The translations under genes and the position numbers were made by a program. Of a stretch of 64,000 bases of DNA, positions 10,376 through 18,641 are shown piece after piece. The notes under the pieces were generated by a model. The model saw nothing but the letters and a program-made list of their open reading frames with translations. It did no database searches and was not told the DNA's origin. Origin of the DNA: Bryobacteraceae bacterium (GTDB lineage Bacteria; Acidobacteriota; Terriglobia; Bryobacterales; Bryobacteraceae); NCBI GenBank assembly GCA_049514955.1, contig JBEKUO010000001.1, positions 11,642 through 75,641 of the forward strand, in the 5' to 3' direction. Position 1 is the first letter of the stretch. The number at the start of each line of letters is the position of its first letter.

Positions 10376-10687
10376 CCTCCATAAAGTAGCACACGTTGCT
10401 GAGCCGGAAATGCTTCCGGGAACCGAACCGGCAAGGGGGACGGAGTTTGTGGTGCTCCACCCCCTGCCGGCTCAACCTATAGGAGATCGAATTTACGAAC
10501 GCTTGCCTAATAAAATTCTAGACGCCTGGCGCCGCTCCGTAAAGAACCGGTCGTACGGTACCGGGTACAGTCCCCGATATAAACCGAACCGAGTTCCCCG
10601 CTGGACCCACCGGCATACCAGTCGGCAAGCGGTATCCTGGAATAAAGCAGTGGACTGGACGGCATCTCAAATACAGAGCACTCAGAA

Positions 10688-11284
10688 ATGCGCGAACCTT
10701 GCGAACGTCCACTAAACCGCCGATCTTTCGTTTCGGCCTCGCTCGTCTTCCTGGCCGGCACGGCCTGCACCAGCGACGCGCGCAGCGCCAATCATCCCGC
10801 GCCAGCCGCCAAACACGACCCCGGACCAGTCCGGCTGGTTGACTTCTCAGATTCCGGAAAGAGAATAGGAATTGTGACCACTGAAAAAGTAATCAAAAAC
10901 GACGAAGAATGGCAGCGCCAACTCACGCCCCAGCAATTTGCGGTCACCCGCAAAAAGGGTACGGAGCCGGCTTTCACGGGCAAATATTACAACCTGCACG
11001 AGAAAGGCCTGTACCGCTGCGTCTGCTGCGGCAACGCCCTGTTCAGCTCGGACACCAAGTTCGAGTCCGGCACCGGCTGGCCGAGCTTCTGGGCCCCCAT
11101 CGCCAAAGAGAATGTCGCCGAGGAAACCGATACCAGCTATTTCATGACGCGCACCGAAGTGCTCTGCCGCAAGTGCGATGCCCACCTCGGCCACGTCTTC
11201 CCCGATGGGCCGGAGCCCACCGGTTTGCGCTACTGCATGAACTCGGCTGCCCTGCACTTCATCAAGGGCGATGCGCCTAAATAA
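10688..11284 (+). CDS. msrB: peptide-methionine (R)-S-oxide reductase MsrB with N-terminal Tat-like export signal
   Basis: Two CxxC zinc motifs (CVCCGNALF, CRKCDAHLGHVF), GTGWPSFW, and the catalytic RYCMNS. The N-terminus NRRSFVSASLVFLAGTA resembles a twin-arginine signal. Confidence 0.9.
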   Translation: MREPCERPLNRRSFVSASLVFLAGTACTSDARSANHPAPAAKHDPGPVRLVDFSDSGKRIGIVTTEKVIKNDEEWQRQLTPQQFAVTRKKGTEPAFTGKYYNLHEKGLYRCVCCGNALFSSDTKFESGTGWPSFWAPIAKENVAEETDTSYFMTRTEVLCRKCDAHLGHVFPDGPEPTGLRYCMNSAALHFIKGDAPK

Positions 11285-11340
11285 GCGCACCCTGCGCATC
11301 CTACCCCTGGGGTCGAATCGGACATAGGGGTGCACGCCCG

Positions 11341-12456
11341 ATGCGAATTACTATCGACGCCGTTCCCCTGCTGGTGCGCAGCGCGGGCGTCAAGAATTAC
11401 CTGTTCCACTGGATCGTGCACCTGCGGCGCTTGCTGGGCGCTGCACAGGTCCAGCTTTTTCCTATCCTGGACCGCCTGCCGGAGCTGAATCATGAGGGCT
11501 CCATCGCGGGTCCGCCAGGAACGCTCGCCCGCCAGGGTCTGCTCTATGCGCTGAACCTATGGCCCAATCACGCCTGGGACTGGATCGGTCCCGCGGCCGA
11601 CATCTTCCATGCGACAAAGTTGCTAAATCCGCCGCGCCGCCCCCGCCTCACCGCCACCCTGCACGATATGACCTGCTGGCTCCTGCCCGAATTCCACCAG
11701 CCCGCCAACGTGGCCGCCGAGAAGCGCTTCGCTGGGCAGATCTGGAAACGGGCCGCCGGCCTGATCGCGGTTTCCGAGAACACCCGCCGCGATGCCGTGC
11801 GGGTGCTCGGTTTGAACCCGGACAACATCCGGGTGATCTATCCCGGAGTGCCGGAACCATATTTTCAAGCCACCATTGAGACAGGCGTCGCCACGCGGCA
11901 AAGGTATGGACTCTCGCGCCCGTACGTCCTGTACGTAGGAACCGTCGAGCCCCGCAAAAATCTGGATTGCCTGCTGGATGCCTGGCGAACTCTGGCCGCC
12001 CCAGTGCGCGACGAGTTCGCGCTGGTATTAGCCGGTCCGGAAGGCTGGCGGTCCGCTGCCACCATGGCCCGGTTGCGGAGCCCCACCGCGGGCGTACACT
12101 ACCTGGGTTATGTGCCCGAATACGATCTGCCGGATATCACCGCTGGCGCGGCAGTCTTCATTTATCCGTCGCTTTATGAAGGCTTCGGTTTTCCCGTCGC
12201 GCAAGCCATGGCGGCCGGCGTGCCCGTAATCACTTCAAATCTATCGTCGCTGCCGGAGGTGACTGGTGGCGCAGCGGCGCTCATCGATCCTCGCAGCCCG
12301 GCGGAGATGTGCGCTGCGCTCGACCGCCTGCTCACCTCGGCGGCCACGAGTACCCAATTGGCGGAAGCCGGCAGAGTCCAGGCGCAGCGTTTCCGTTGGG
12401 ACACCTGCGCCCGCCAGTCGTTGGAGTTTTTCGCGAAGATCGCGGGCCCTGCGTAG
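11341..12456 (+). CDS. glycosyltransferase family 1 (GT4-type)
   Basis: C-terminal GT-B motif YPSLYEGFGFPVAQAMAAGVPVITSNLSSLPEV. Length is 371 aa. Confidence 0.8.
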   Translation: MRITIDAVPLLVRSAGVKNYLFHWIVHLRRLLGAAQVQLFPILDRLPELNHEGSIAGPPGTLARQGLLYALNLWPNHAWDWIGPAADIFHATKLLNPPRRPRLTATLHDMTCWLLPEFHQPANVAAEKRFAGQIWKRAAGLIAVSENTRRDAVRVLGLNPDNIRVIYPGVPEPYFQATIETGVATRQRYGLSRPYVLYVGTVEPRKNLDCLLDAWRTLAAPVRDEFALVLAGPEGWRSAATMARLRSPTAGVHYLGYVPEYDLPDITAGAAVFIYPSLYEGFGFPVAQAMAAGVPVITSNLSSLPEVTGGAAALIDPRSPAEMCAALDRLLTSAATSTQLAEAGRVQAQRFRWDTCARQSLEFFAKIAGPA

Positions 12457-12753
12457 CTGCTAGCTTAGCTAGGTCCCCTGGCGAACTCGTCCAGCGCCTC
12501 ACCCAGACCCAGGCAGGTGCAACAGGAATAGTCCGCGCGCAGCCCGGCACCGCAGCCATAGATAGGATATCCTGATGCCCCAGCGGTGTTTTTCCGTTCG
12601 CCGGGGGTCCCATCGAAAAGCAGAGAGCCAGCCTGTGGGAACAGACACAACTTAACGGACTTCCCTGCCCCGCCATGGTATTGCTGTAATTGAACCCTGT
12701 GGTCGATTCAGCCCCTGGAGCACCAAACTTTCATCACTTTCATTACTTATGTG

Positions 12754-12782
12754 TTGACATCACCAGTATTGCCCACTAGGAT
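12754..12782 (+). promoter_or_regulatory. sigma70-like promoter candidate (TTGACA-17 nt-TAGGAT) for the HTH-ParA operon
   Basis: TTGACA at 12754-12759, a 17-nt spacer, then TAGGAT at 12777-12782, about 19 nt before the ATG at 12801. It is preceded by the adjacent direct repeat CTTTCATCA/CTTTCATTA (about 12728-12747) in an AT-richer patch. Confidence 0.4.
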
Positions 12783-12800
12783 CGGGAATGTGGGCTGCTA

Positions 12801-13001
12801 ATGAAATGTCGTGTGGAACCATACCTAACATCCCAGGAGGTTGCCGACGTCCTGGGAATTACCAAGCGCACGCTGATGAACTGGCTGCGCACGCAAAAAA
12901 TCCAGGAGCCGGAGCGCAATCAGATGAACCGCTACCGGCGCTGGACCGCGCAGGATGTAGAGCGTATCCGGCAAACCATCGCGGAGAAAAATAGTGATTA
13001 A
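12801..13001 (+). CDS. MerR/excisionase-family helix-turn-helix DNA-binding protein (66 aa)
   Basis: LTSQEVADVLGITKRTLMNWLRTQKI...RYRRWTAQDVERI matches the HTH_17/excisionase-type pattern. Its stop overlaps the downstream ParA GTG start by 8 nt. Confidence 0.65.
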   Translation: MKCRVEPYLTSQEVADVLGITKRTLMNWLRTQKIQEPERNQMNRYRRWTAQDVERIRQTIAEKNSD

Positions 13002-13797
13002 GCTGGTGATTTCAAACCAACGAGGCGGCGTGGCTAAGACGACCACTGCCACGACGCTGGCGCGGTTGTGGGCCGACCAGGGTCATAAGGTACTGCTGAT
13101 CGACACCGATCCGCAAGGGTCGGTGGGTATGTCCCTGGGCCTGAAGGCAGACAAGTTCCTGCACCATTTCGTGGTCTACAACCACCTGTTCGAGAGCTGC
13201 CTGGTACACGCAGCGCCGAACATCGACGTGCTTTGCAGCAGCCGCGAGACCATCCAGGCGGAGGCTTCTCTGATGGGGGTGCCTGCGCGGGAGATGTCCT
13301 TTTCCCTGCTCTTCTCCAGGGTCGACGAGCCTTACGATGTCGTGCTGATCGATGTGGCGCCGTCCATCACGTTGATGCAGACCTGCGCCATGGTTTACGC
13401 GCAGCGTGTGCTGATCCCGGTCAGCATGGACACGCTCAGCCTCCAGGGCGCGGGTGCCTGCCTGGAGACCGCGCGCATGATGAACGAACTCTTTCGCGTC
13501 AACGTACAGCCGGCGGCCCTTTTGCCGGTCATGGTTGACCGGCGCTTTCAGCACACCGCTGTAATGATGAAATCGCTGGAGGACCTGTCGGCCAAATTCA
13601 GCCTTCCGCTGCTGCCGGCGATCCGAACCGACGTGACGGTCTCCAAATGCGGCCGCGCGCGCCAGTTCCTGGCGGATTACGACCCGAAGTGCAAGGCCAT
13701 GGAAGATTACGAGACTGCGGGAGCGCAACTGTGGGAGCTGCTCAATGAGCGAGCCGACCAAGGAAAATCCGAAAACGTCCAAACGGTCCAGGCGTAA
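12994..13797 (+). CDS. ParA/Soj/MinD-family P-loop ATPase
   Basis: Deviant Walker A region ISNQRGGVAKTTTATTLA, then LLIDTDPQGS, VVLIDVAPS and RVLIPVSMDTLSLQG, colinear with ParA/Soj. The signature lysine position is Arg (RGGVAKTT instead of KGGxGKTT). Confidence 0.85.
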   Translation: MIKLVISNQRGGVAKTTTATTLARLWADQGHKVLLIDTDPQGSVGMSLGLKADKFLHHFVVYNHLFESCLVHAAPNIDVLCSSRETIQAEASLMGVPAREMSFSLLFSRVDEPYDVVLIDVAPSITLMQTCAMVYAQRVLIPVSMDTLSLQGAGACLETARMMNELFRVNVQPAALLPVMVDRRFQHTAVMMKSLEDLSAKFSLPLLPAIRTDVTVSKCGRARQFLADYDPKCKAMEDYETAGAQLWELLNERADQGKSENVQTVQA

Positions 13798-13804
13798 GCC
13801 GGCG

Positions 13805-14878
13805 ATGGAACCGCTCGGCTGGGACGAGATTGTCAGCCAGCCGGGGATGGGCGGCTATCTGTCGTTTTTGAATGGCCCGGTTCCCCTGCCCCACCTTGGA
13901 CGGGCCCCTGCAGTCGAAACGACCCCAGGACCCGTGAGCGGCCCTGTGGTTGTAACACCGGGCGACTTGGCAGCTCCCGATACAAACCCAGGGGCTGGCA
14001 GCACCCCGGGGGTTGAATCAATCTCAGCAAGCACCTCGGCTAAAGGGGCTGAAACAACCCCAGGAATCGAACCTGTTGCGACCCCTCTGTCTCCATCACT
14101 TGCAGGGCTTGCAGCAACCCCAGGGGTTGGTCAACCTGCTCGGCCCTTCGGCACACTGTCAAGCCCAAAGGTCGAACCAACCCCAGGGACTGCTGGCACT
14201 CCTGGTCTCGCCTCGATCTCTGGGTCCGACTCGATTGAAGGAGTTGAAACAACCCCAGTAATCGAAAGCTCTACGACGCATTCAACCGCACCAACAACAG
14301 GGCTCGCAACAGCCCCAGGGGTTGATCGCTCGCTCGCCCCCTCGCCCGCTCGCCCGCTCGGTGCCCTATCAGGGCCAGAGCTCGAAACAACCCCAGGGTC
14401 TGATAACCGGCCTCATCGCTCCCACAGCAACCCAACCCCTGAGGTCATTTCGATTCCTGCCGTTCCACCGGGCCCCCGCCTGCGCATTCGCAAATGTATT
14501 GCCGCGCAGGATGGGCACTCGCTCGGAGAAGAGGTCCTCTATCAGGCACTCTGGAAGACGGCCACGCCGGAATCCGACGAGACTCGCACTATCGTAATCG
14601 GCTGGCGGGGTATGTCGCAGATTTGCCGGATGACACCTAAGAACTGCAAAATCAACACCCAGCGGCTCATTCGCAAGCTGGCCTTGGAGGTCCTGTCGCC
14701 TTACAACACGCCGGAGTCCATCGGCACCACGTACCGCGTTTACGCGAGCGATGCCATCTTACGGCGGCGGCGCTCAGCGGGACTGGAATGGGTTGTGCGG
14801 AGCAGGGGAGTCGAGTTTGTCGACCCCACAACGGGGCAAATGCATTCTGCCCATCTGTGCGGATACGTATCAGAGTAG
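13805..14878 (+). CDS. hypothetical protein: Pro/Thr/Gly-rich repeat N-terminal region plus C-terminal winged-helix-like region (possible ParA partner/adaptor)
   Basis: The ATG at 13805 is 8 nt after the ParA stop; a longer ORF starts at 13745. N-terminal region has about 200 aa of ETTPG/ATPGV repeats. C-terminal region reads GWRGMSQICRMTPKNCKINTQRLIRKLALEVL, which looks HTH-like. I recognise no family. Confidence 0.55.
   Translation: MEPLGWDEIVSQPGMGGYLSFLNGPVPLPHLGRAPAVETTPGPVSGPVVVTPGDLAAPDTNPGAGSTPGVESISASTSAKGAETTPGIEPVATPLSPSLAGLAATPGVGQPARPFGTLSSPKVEPTPGTAGTPGLASISGSDSIEGVETTPVIESSTTHSTAPTTGLATAPGVDRSLAPSPARPLGALSGPELETTPGSDNRPHRSHSNPTPEVISIPAVPPGPRLRIRKCIAAQDGHSLGEEVLYQALWKTATPESDETRTIVIGWRGMSQICRMTPKNCKINTQRLIRKLALEVLSPYNTPESIGTTYRVYASDAILRRRRSAGLEWVVRSRGVEFVDPTTGQMHSAHLCGYVSE
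13913..14400 (+). repeat. intragenic tandem repeats (GAAAC(A/G)ACCCCAGG core; two ~195-nt/65-aa units)
   Basis: The core recurs at about 13913, 14051, 14113, 14170, 14246, 14306 and 14381. At protein level, ETTPGIEPVATPLSPSLAGLAATPGVGQPARPFGTLSSPKVE aligns with ETTPVIESSTTHSTAPTTGLATAPGVDRSLAPSPARPLGALSGPELE. Confidence 0.8.
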
Positions 14879-14945
14879 CCTTAGCTGCTGCAAGCCAAAA
14901 AATTCTTGGATTTGCGGACTCCTGTCGCCACTTTCCTAGTTAAGC

Positions 14946-15968
14946 GTGCACATCTGTGTTGTCGGCGGCATCTTCGATAAGCCGGCGCATTACCGGTCGA
15001 AGCATTCCATCTCTCCCGAGACGGTGCTGGCCGCGGGATTGCGCGAGCGCGGTTGGCAGGTAACGGCCTGCGGACACCGCAACCCGCTGCCAACGGGCGA
15101 CTTCGATGTCGTGCATGTGCACCACTTCGGACGGGCGGCGCTACGCATGGCGCTAAGTCGGAAGCGCGTGCCCTTCGTGTTCACGACCCACGACCCATTT
15201 TCGATGAACGGGCTGCCGGTGGGTTGGAAACGGCGGCTGACAGACGCGCTGGTGCTGCGCCGGGCCGATAGAGTGGTGGCGCTTTCCAACGCGGAGCGCA
15301 GTTTTCTGCTCCGGCAATATGGGCTACCGCCGAGCTCGGTCGCGGTGATTCCGAACGGCATCGATACCCGCGTGTTCGGTGGCGCCGCGGAGGCGCCGCA
15401 GGGCGGGGAACAGCGGCTTCTATTCGCCGGTCAACTGCAAAAGTTCAAAGGGCTGGACTACCTGATCGAGGCGCTGCCGGCGGTGCGCGCCGCCTACCCC
15501 TGGGTGAAGTTGCAGGTAGTGTACCAGACAGACGCGCTCCTGAAGCATTACCGGGCGCATACGGCGAGCCTGGGACTGGATGGGAGAGTCGAGTTCGCCG
15601 GGCCCAAGACCGCGCGCGAACTCGCGCAACTCTACTCGGCAGCAGCCGTGGTGGTATCGCCGAGTCTGGGCGAGTGCCTCTCCACTGTAGTCCTGGAGGC
15701 CATGTGCTGCGGAGCGGCGGTGGTGGCGACCGATGTGGGCAGCATACGGGAACAACTGGACGAAGCCACCGGCGTGATCGTGCCGCCGCGGGATTCCGGC
15801 GCGCTGGCGGAGGCCATCTGTGGCTTGCTGGCGGCAGGCGATCTGCGGTGGACCATCGGACAGGCAGCGCGGCGGAAAGCCCGTACGGAATTCACGATCA
15901 AGAAGATGATCGACCGTCACGTGCGGCTCTACGAGGAGTTGCTGGGGGCCGATGAGCGCGCCGCATAG
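14946..15968 (+). CDS. glycosyltransferase family 1 (GT4-type)
   Basis: GTG start. GT-B pattern SPSLGECLSTVVLEAMCCGAAVVATDVGSIRE. Length is 340 aa. Confidence 0.8.
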   Translation: MHICVVGGIFDKPAHYRSKHSISPETVLAAGLRERGWQVTACGHRNPLPTGDFDVVHVHHFGRAALRMALSRKRVPFVFTTHDPFSMNGLPVGWKRRLTDALVLRRADRVVALSNAERSFLLRQYGLPPSSVAVIPNGIDTRVFGGAAEAPQGGEQRLLFAGQLQKFKGLDYLIEALPAVRAAYPWVKLQVVYQTDALLKHYRAHTASLGLDGRVEFAGPKTARELAQLYSAAAVVVSPSLGECLSTVVLEAMCCGAAVVATDVGSIREQLDEATGVIVPPRDSGALAEAICGLLAAGDLRWTIGQAARRKARTEFTIKKMIDRHVRLYEELLGADERAA

Positions 15969-17289
15969 TGTAGTGCCCGGCACACCGCTTGCTGACGCGC
16001 GCGGCTCCGACAACGCGATTCAGAGCCGTGACCGTCAGGGAGCGGTTGTCAGGAATTACCAGCGGCTGGGCGCCGCAGCCCGCAATATAGGGCTGGTCTT
16101 CGGCGGGCAGGCTGCCCTTTCCGCCAGTAAGGTCGCTGCACTGCTGGTTTTGTCGCATCATCTCGCGCCAGCCCGCTTTGCCGAGTGCGCCATCTATGCC
16201 AGCAGCAGCCTGGTGGTGGGCAACCTGAGCGAGCTGGGCATCAATATTTCCTGCCTGAAATTCGCAGCCGAGGCTCAGCGCGCGGACTGGCTGCGGACCG
16301 TTTCGCGGTTTCTGCTGCTGCGGCTGGCGCTGACAGCCGGGGTGATCGCGGCCGTTTTTCTGCTTGCGCCGCTAGCCAGCGCGAAGCTGCTGCACCATCC
16401 GGAATACGCTACGGCGCTACGCCTGGCATGCGGCAGCGCGGCGGTGGCATCGCTCTCCGCCTTCAGCCTGGTGCTGCTGCAGTCGCGGCGCGAGTTCGCG
16501 CGCATGGCGAGGCTGAGCGCGGCGGCCGCCATCCTGCAGATCTCGCCGGTGCTCATGCTGCTGCGCTTCCCATCGCAAGGCGTGGCGATCCTGTTCGCCG
16601 GAGATTTGCTGAGCCGTTCTTGGATCGTCGCTGCCAACCTGGGGCTGCTGGCAGCGGCGCTAATGGCCGCCCGGACGCCTGGGCCCCGGCCGGCCTGGAA
16701 GCCCATCGCCGTCTTTGCCAACTGGATCACGCTTTCCACGCTGATCGGCGCGCTTTACAACTACATTCCGTCGATTGCGCTTTCGCGCTGGGCTACGGTT
16801 TCGGCGCTCGGCTCCTACAGCCTAGGTATGTCGCTGGCTGGCGGGTTTGCGCTCCTGCTGAACACCACCAGCACGGTGCTTTTGCCGGACGCCGTGGCGG
16901 CCAATACGGTTGCGCGCCGGCTCAGCTACTTGCGCAGCTATCTGCCCGCAGCCGCTCTGATGAGCGCAACCCTGCTGGCCCTGACTTGGCTCGCAGGACC
17001 GCTCGCCGCGCGCCTGTTTCCGGCCGCCATGCCGGAAACCGTGCGTGTCTTCCAACTGCTGGCTACGGCGCACCTGGCGCTGCTGGTGGCCAATCCCGTG
17101 CAATTCCTGTTGTACGGAGCGGGCCGCCCGCAGTGGTGCACCGCGTCCGACGGCCTGATCACCCTGCTGTTCGGCGGCATGGCGGTGTGGCTCGCGCCAG
17201 CATACGGCGCCATCGGCGTGGCCTGGGCGCTCCTCATCGCGCAAACCGGCATCAAGGCGGCGCTGGTGGCGATGGTGGTCCGGCGATGA
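15952..17289 (+). CDS. polysaccharide flippase, Wzx/MOP-superfamily-like membrane protein
   Basis: 445 aa, hydrophobic throughout with about 12-14 predicted TM segments. Located in a glycosyltransferase operon. Overlaps the upstream gene by 17 nt. Confidence 0.6.
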   Translation: MSAPHSVVPGTPLADARGSDNAIQSRDRQGAVVRNYQRLGAAARNIGLVFGGQAALSASKVAALLVLSHHLAPARFAECAIYASSSLVVGNLSELGINISCLKFAAEAQRADWLRTVSRFLLLRLALTAGVIAAVFLLAPLASAKLLHHPEYATALRLACGSAAVASLSAFSLVLLQSRREFARMARLSAAAAILQISPVLMLLRFPSQGVAILFAGDLLSRSWIVAANLGLLAAALMAARTPGPRPAWKPIAVFANWITLSTLIGALYNYIPSIALSRWATVSALGSYSLGMSLAGGFALLLNTTSTVLLPDAVAANTVARRLSYLRSYLPAAALMSATLLALTWLAGPLAARLFPAAMPETVRVFQLLATAHLALLVANPVQFLLYGAGRPQWCTASDGLITLLFGGMAVWLAPAYGAIGVAWALLIAQTGIKAALVAMVVRR

Positions 17290-18641
17290 GACCGGCCCTC
17301 ATTTTCACGCTTGCCGTGACCGCCGCGGCGGCGCACTACGCCAACGGATCGCCTGCGGGGATGAATGCCTATCTGTTCTTCGGCACGCTGCTCGCGGTCT
17401 TCGGTGCCTACAGCCGCGGCATGCACGGGCGGAACTACTGGCTGAGCTTGACAGGGCTGGTGGAAGCCTGGTTCGTTTTCGATTACTGCCTGTATGGAAC
17501 TGCGCTCGCCGTGTTGGGCCGGAGCAAGGCGCCGCTCGCGGCATCCACGGAAGAAGCCTATTCGCGCGCGTACCTGGTAGGGGCACTGGCGCTGCTGGCT
17601 TTCGCATCCGGCGCGCATTTTGCCGGCAGGCGGTCGCCGAGGCCGGAGGCTAAGGGCTGGGGGCTGCACGCTGGAAAACTCGCGCGTCGCGTGTTCCTGT
17701 TATTTACGGCGGCCGGCGTGGTAAGCGTCATCGTGCTGCTGCTCGATCCCGAAAGCCGGCAGCAACTCTTCTTCGAGCATGTCGGACTGGCGCCGCGCGA
17801 GGGCATGGGCCGGTACACCTCGCTGTTATTCATGCTGCCGACCACCGCCGTGGGGCTCTGGTATTTGTCCAGTCGGAAACGGCCGTATTCGCGCTGGCTG
17901 ACTATGGCGGGCCTGTTTCTGATTGCGGCCATCCACCTGGGTTATGGCAGGCGCCTGATGTGGGCGGGCACCATGCTCCTGATCCTCCATTTATGCAAGG
18001 TGCGCGGCATTTTCACGCTGCGGGCGCGCTACCTAGCGGTCGCGTTGCCGCTGCTTATCCTCGTGTCGGTTTGGATGGAAGCCAGCAAGAACCTGGGATG
18101 GTACACCGCCACGGAAAGCATCCAGATTTCCCGACTGGCCGACGGCAACAAGGTTTTTGACATGGTGGACAACTCGGTGGGCCGCTTCGATACTACGGCG
18201 GCGTTGATCGCCAATCGCGAAACGTTGCCCTATTACTACGGCGAGACGTTCCTGATGGCGCCCCTGCAGGTGCTGCCGGTGTCGGCGGGATTCGAACGTT
18301 CGCGCGGCGTGCGCGAAGAGTTGGGCGAATTGATCTACGGCGCCTTCGGGCAAGGGCTGGTATCGCAGGAGGCTTCGCTCGTTGGCGAACTGTACGCCAA
18401 TTTCAGTTACGTCGGGGTGATGGCGGGGTTTTTGGTGGTGGGGTTCGGAGCGGCATTTCTGGACGCGCGCTGCCATCACAGCCGCCATCCGCTGGTGGCT
18501 ATGGGCTACGGATTGTGTTTGTTTCGCGCCATCCATCAATTGGCGACGGCATCTACGTCCTGGTTTCCACTCACGTTTCTGGCGTTTCTGCCGTGGCTGT
18601 GTACGGCCGCCGCAGTCCGGCTGGCCAGGAGGCCTCTGTGA
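17286..18641 (+). CDS. polytopic membrane protein, candidate Wzy-type polysaccharide polymerase
   Basis: The ATG at 17286 overlaps the flippase stop (ATGA). About 451 aa with many TM segments and a large loop. The upstream part of ORF 16185-18641 is an Arg-rich high-GC artefact. The call rests on topology and context only. Confidence 0.5.
   Translation: MRPALIFTLAVTAAAAHYANGSPAGMNAYLFFGTLLAVFGAYSRGMHGRNYWLSLTGLVEAWFVFDYCLYGTALAVLGRSKAPLAASTEEAYSRAYLVGALALLAFASGAHFAGRRSPRPEAKGWGLHAGKLARRVFLLFTAAGVVSVIVLLLDPESRQQLFFEHVGLAPREGMGRYTSLLFMLPTTAVGLWYLSSRKRPYSRWLTMAGLFLIAAIHLGYGRRLMWAGTMLLILHLCKVRGIFTLRARYLAVALPLLILVSVWMEASKNLGWYTATESIQISRLADGNKVFDMVDNSVGRFDTTAALIANRETLPYYYGETFLMAPLQVLPVSAGFERSRGVREELGELIYGAFGQGLVSQEASLVGELYANFSYVGVMAGFLVVGFGAAFLDARCHHSRHPLVAMGYGLCLFRAIHQLATASTSWFPLTFLAFLPWLCTAAAVRLARRPL

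Noticed and set aside
9494-12475. An AGCTAGCAGCTA-containing motif lies at 9494-9510 (TTAGCTAGCAGCTAGGG), with its reverse complement at 12456-12475 (TAGCTGCTAGCTTAGCTAGG). Both give stop codons in all six frames and bracket the sulfotransferase-msrB-GT1 block like inverted repeats or engineered stop cassettes.
   Set aside because: Only about 12 nt are shared, and matches of that length are expected by chance many times in a 64-kb window on two strands. The second copy simply contains the real stop codons of two convergent ORFs. No target-site duplication or mobile-element gene is present. A third look-alike at 14877 does not share the core.
12465-12650. A 61-aa Cys-rich ORF (…YGCGAGLRADYSCCTCLGLGEALDEF…) convergent with the GT1 gene. 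It might be a small metal-binding peptide or RiPP-like precursor.
   Set aside because: Its only possible start is a TTG with no ribosome-binding site. No modifying enzymes are adjacent and no family is recognised. It cannot be supported from sequence alone.
16185-17285. Long 5' extensions or antisense ORFs with Arg/Ala/Gly/Pro-rich translations. Examples are 16185-17285, 23798-24331, 31113-32438, 35528-36811, 5482-6744, 18033-18989 and 39787-40851.
   Set aside because: Their composition is typical of out-of-frame or antisense reading of high-GC coding DNA. Each overlaps a gene with clear family motifs in another frame.
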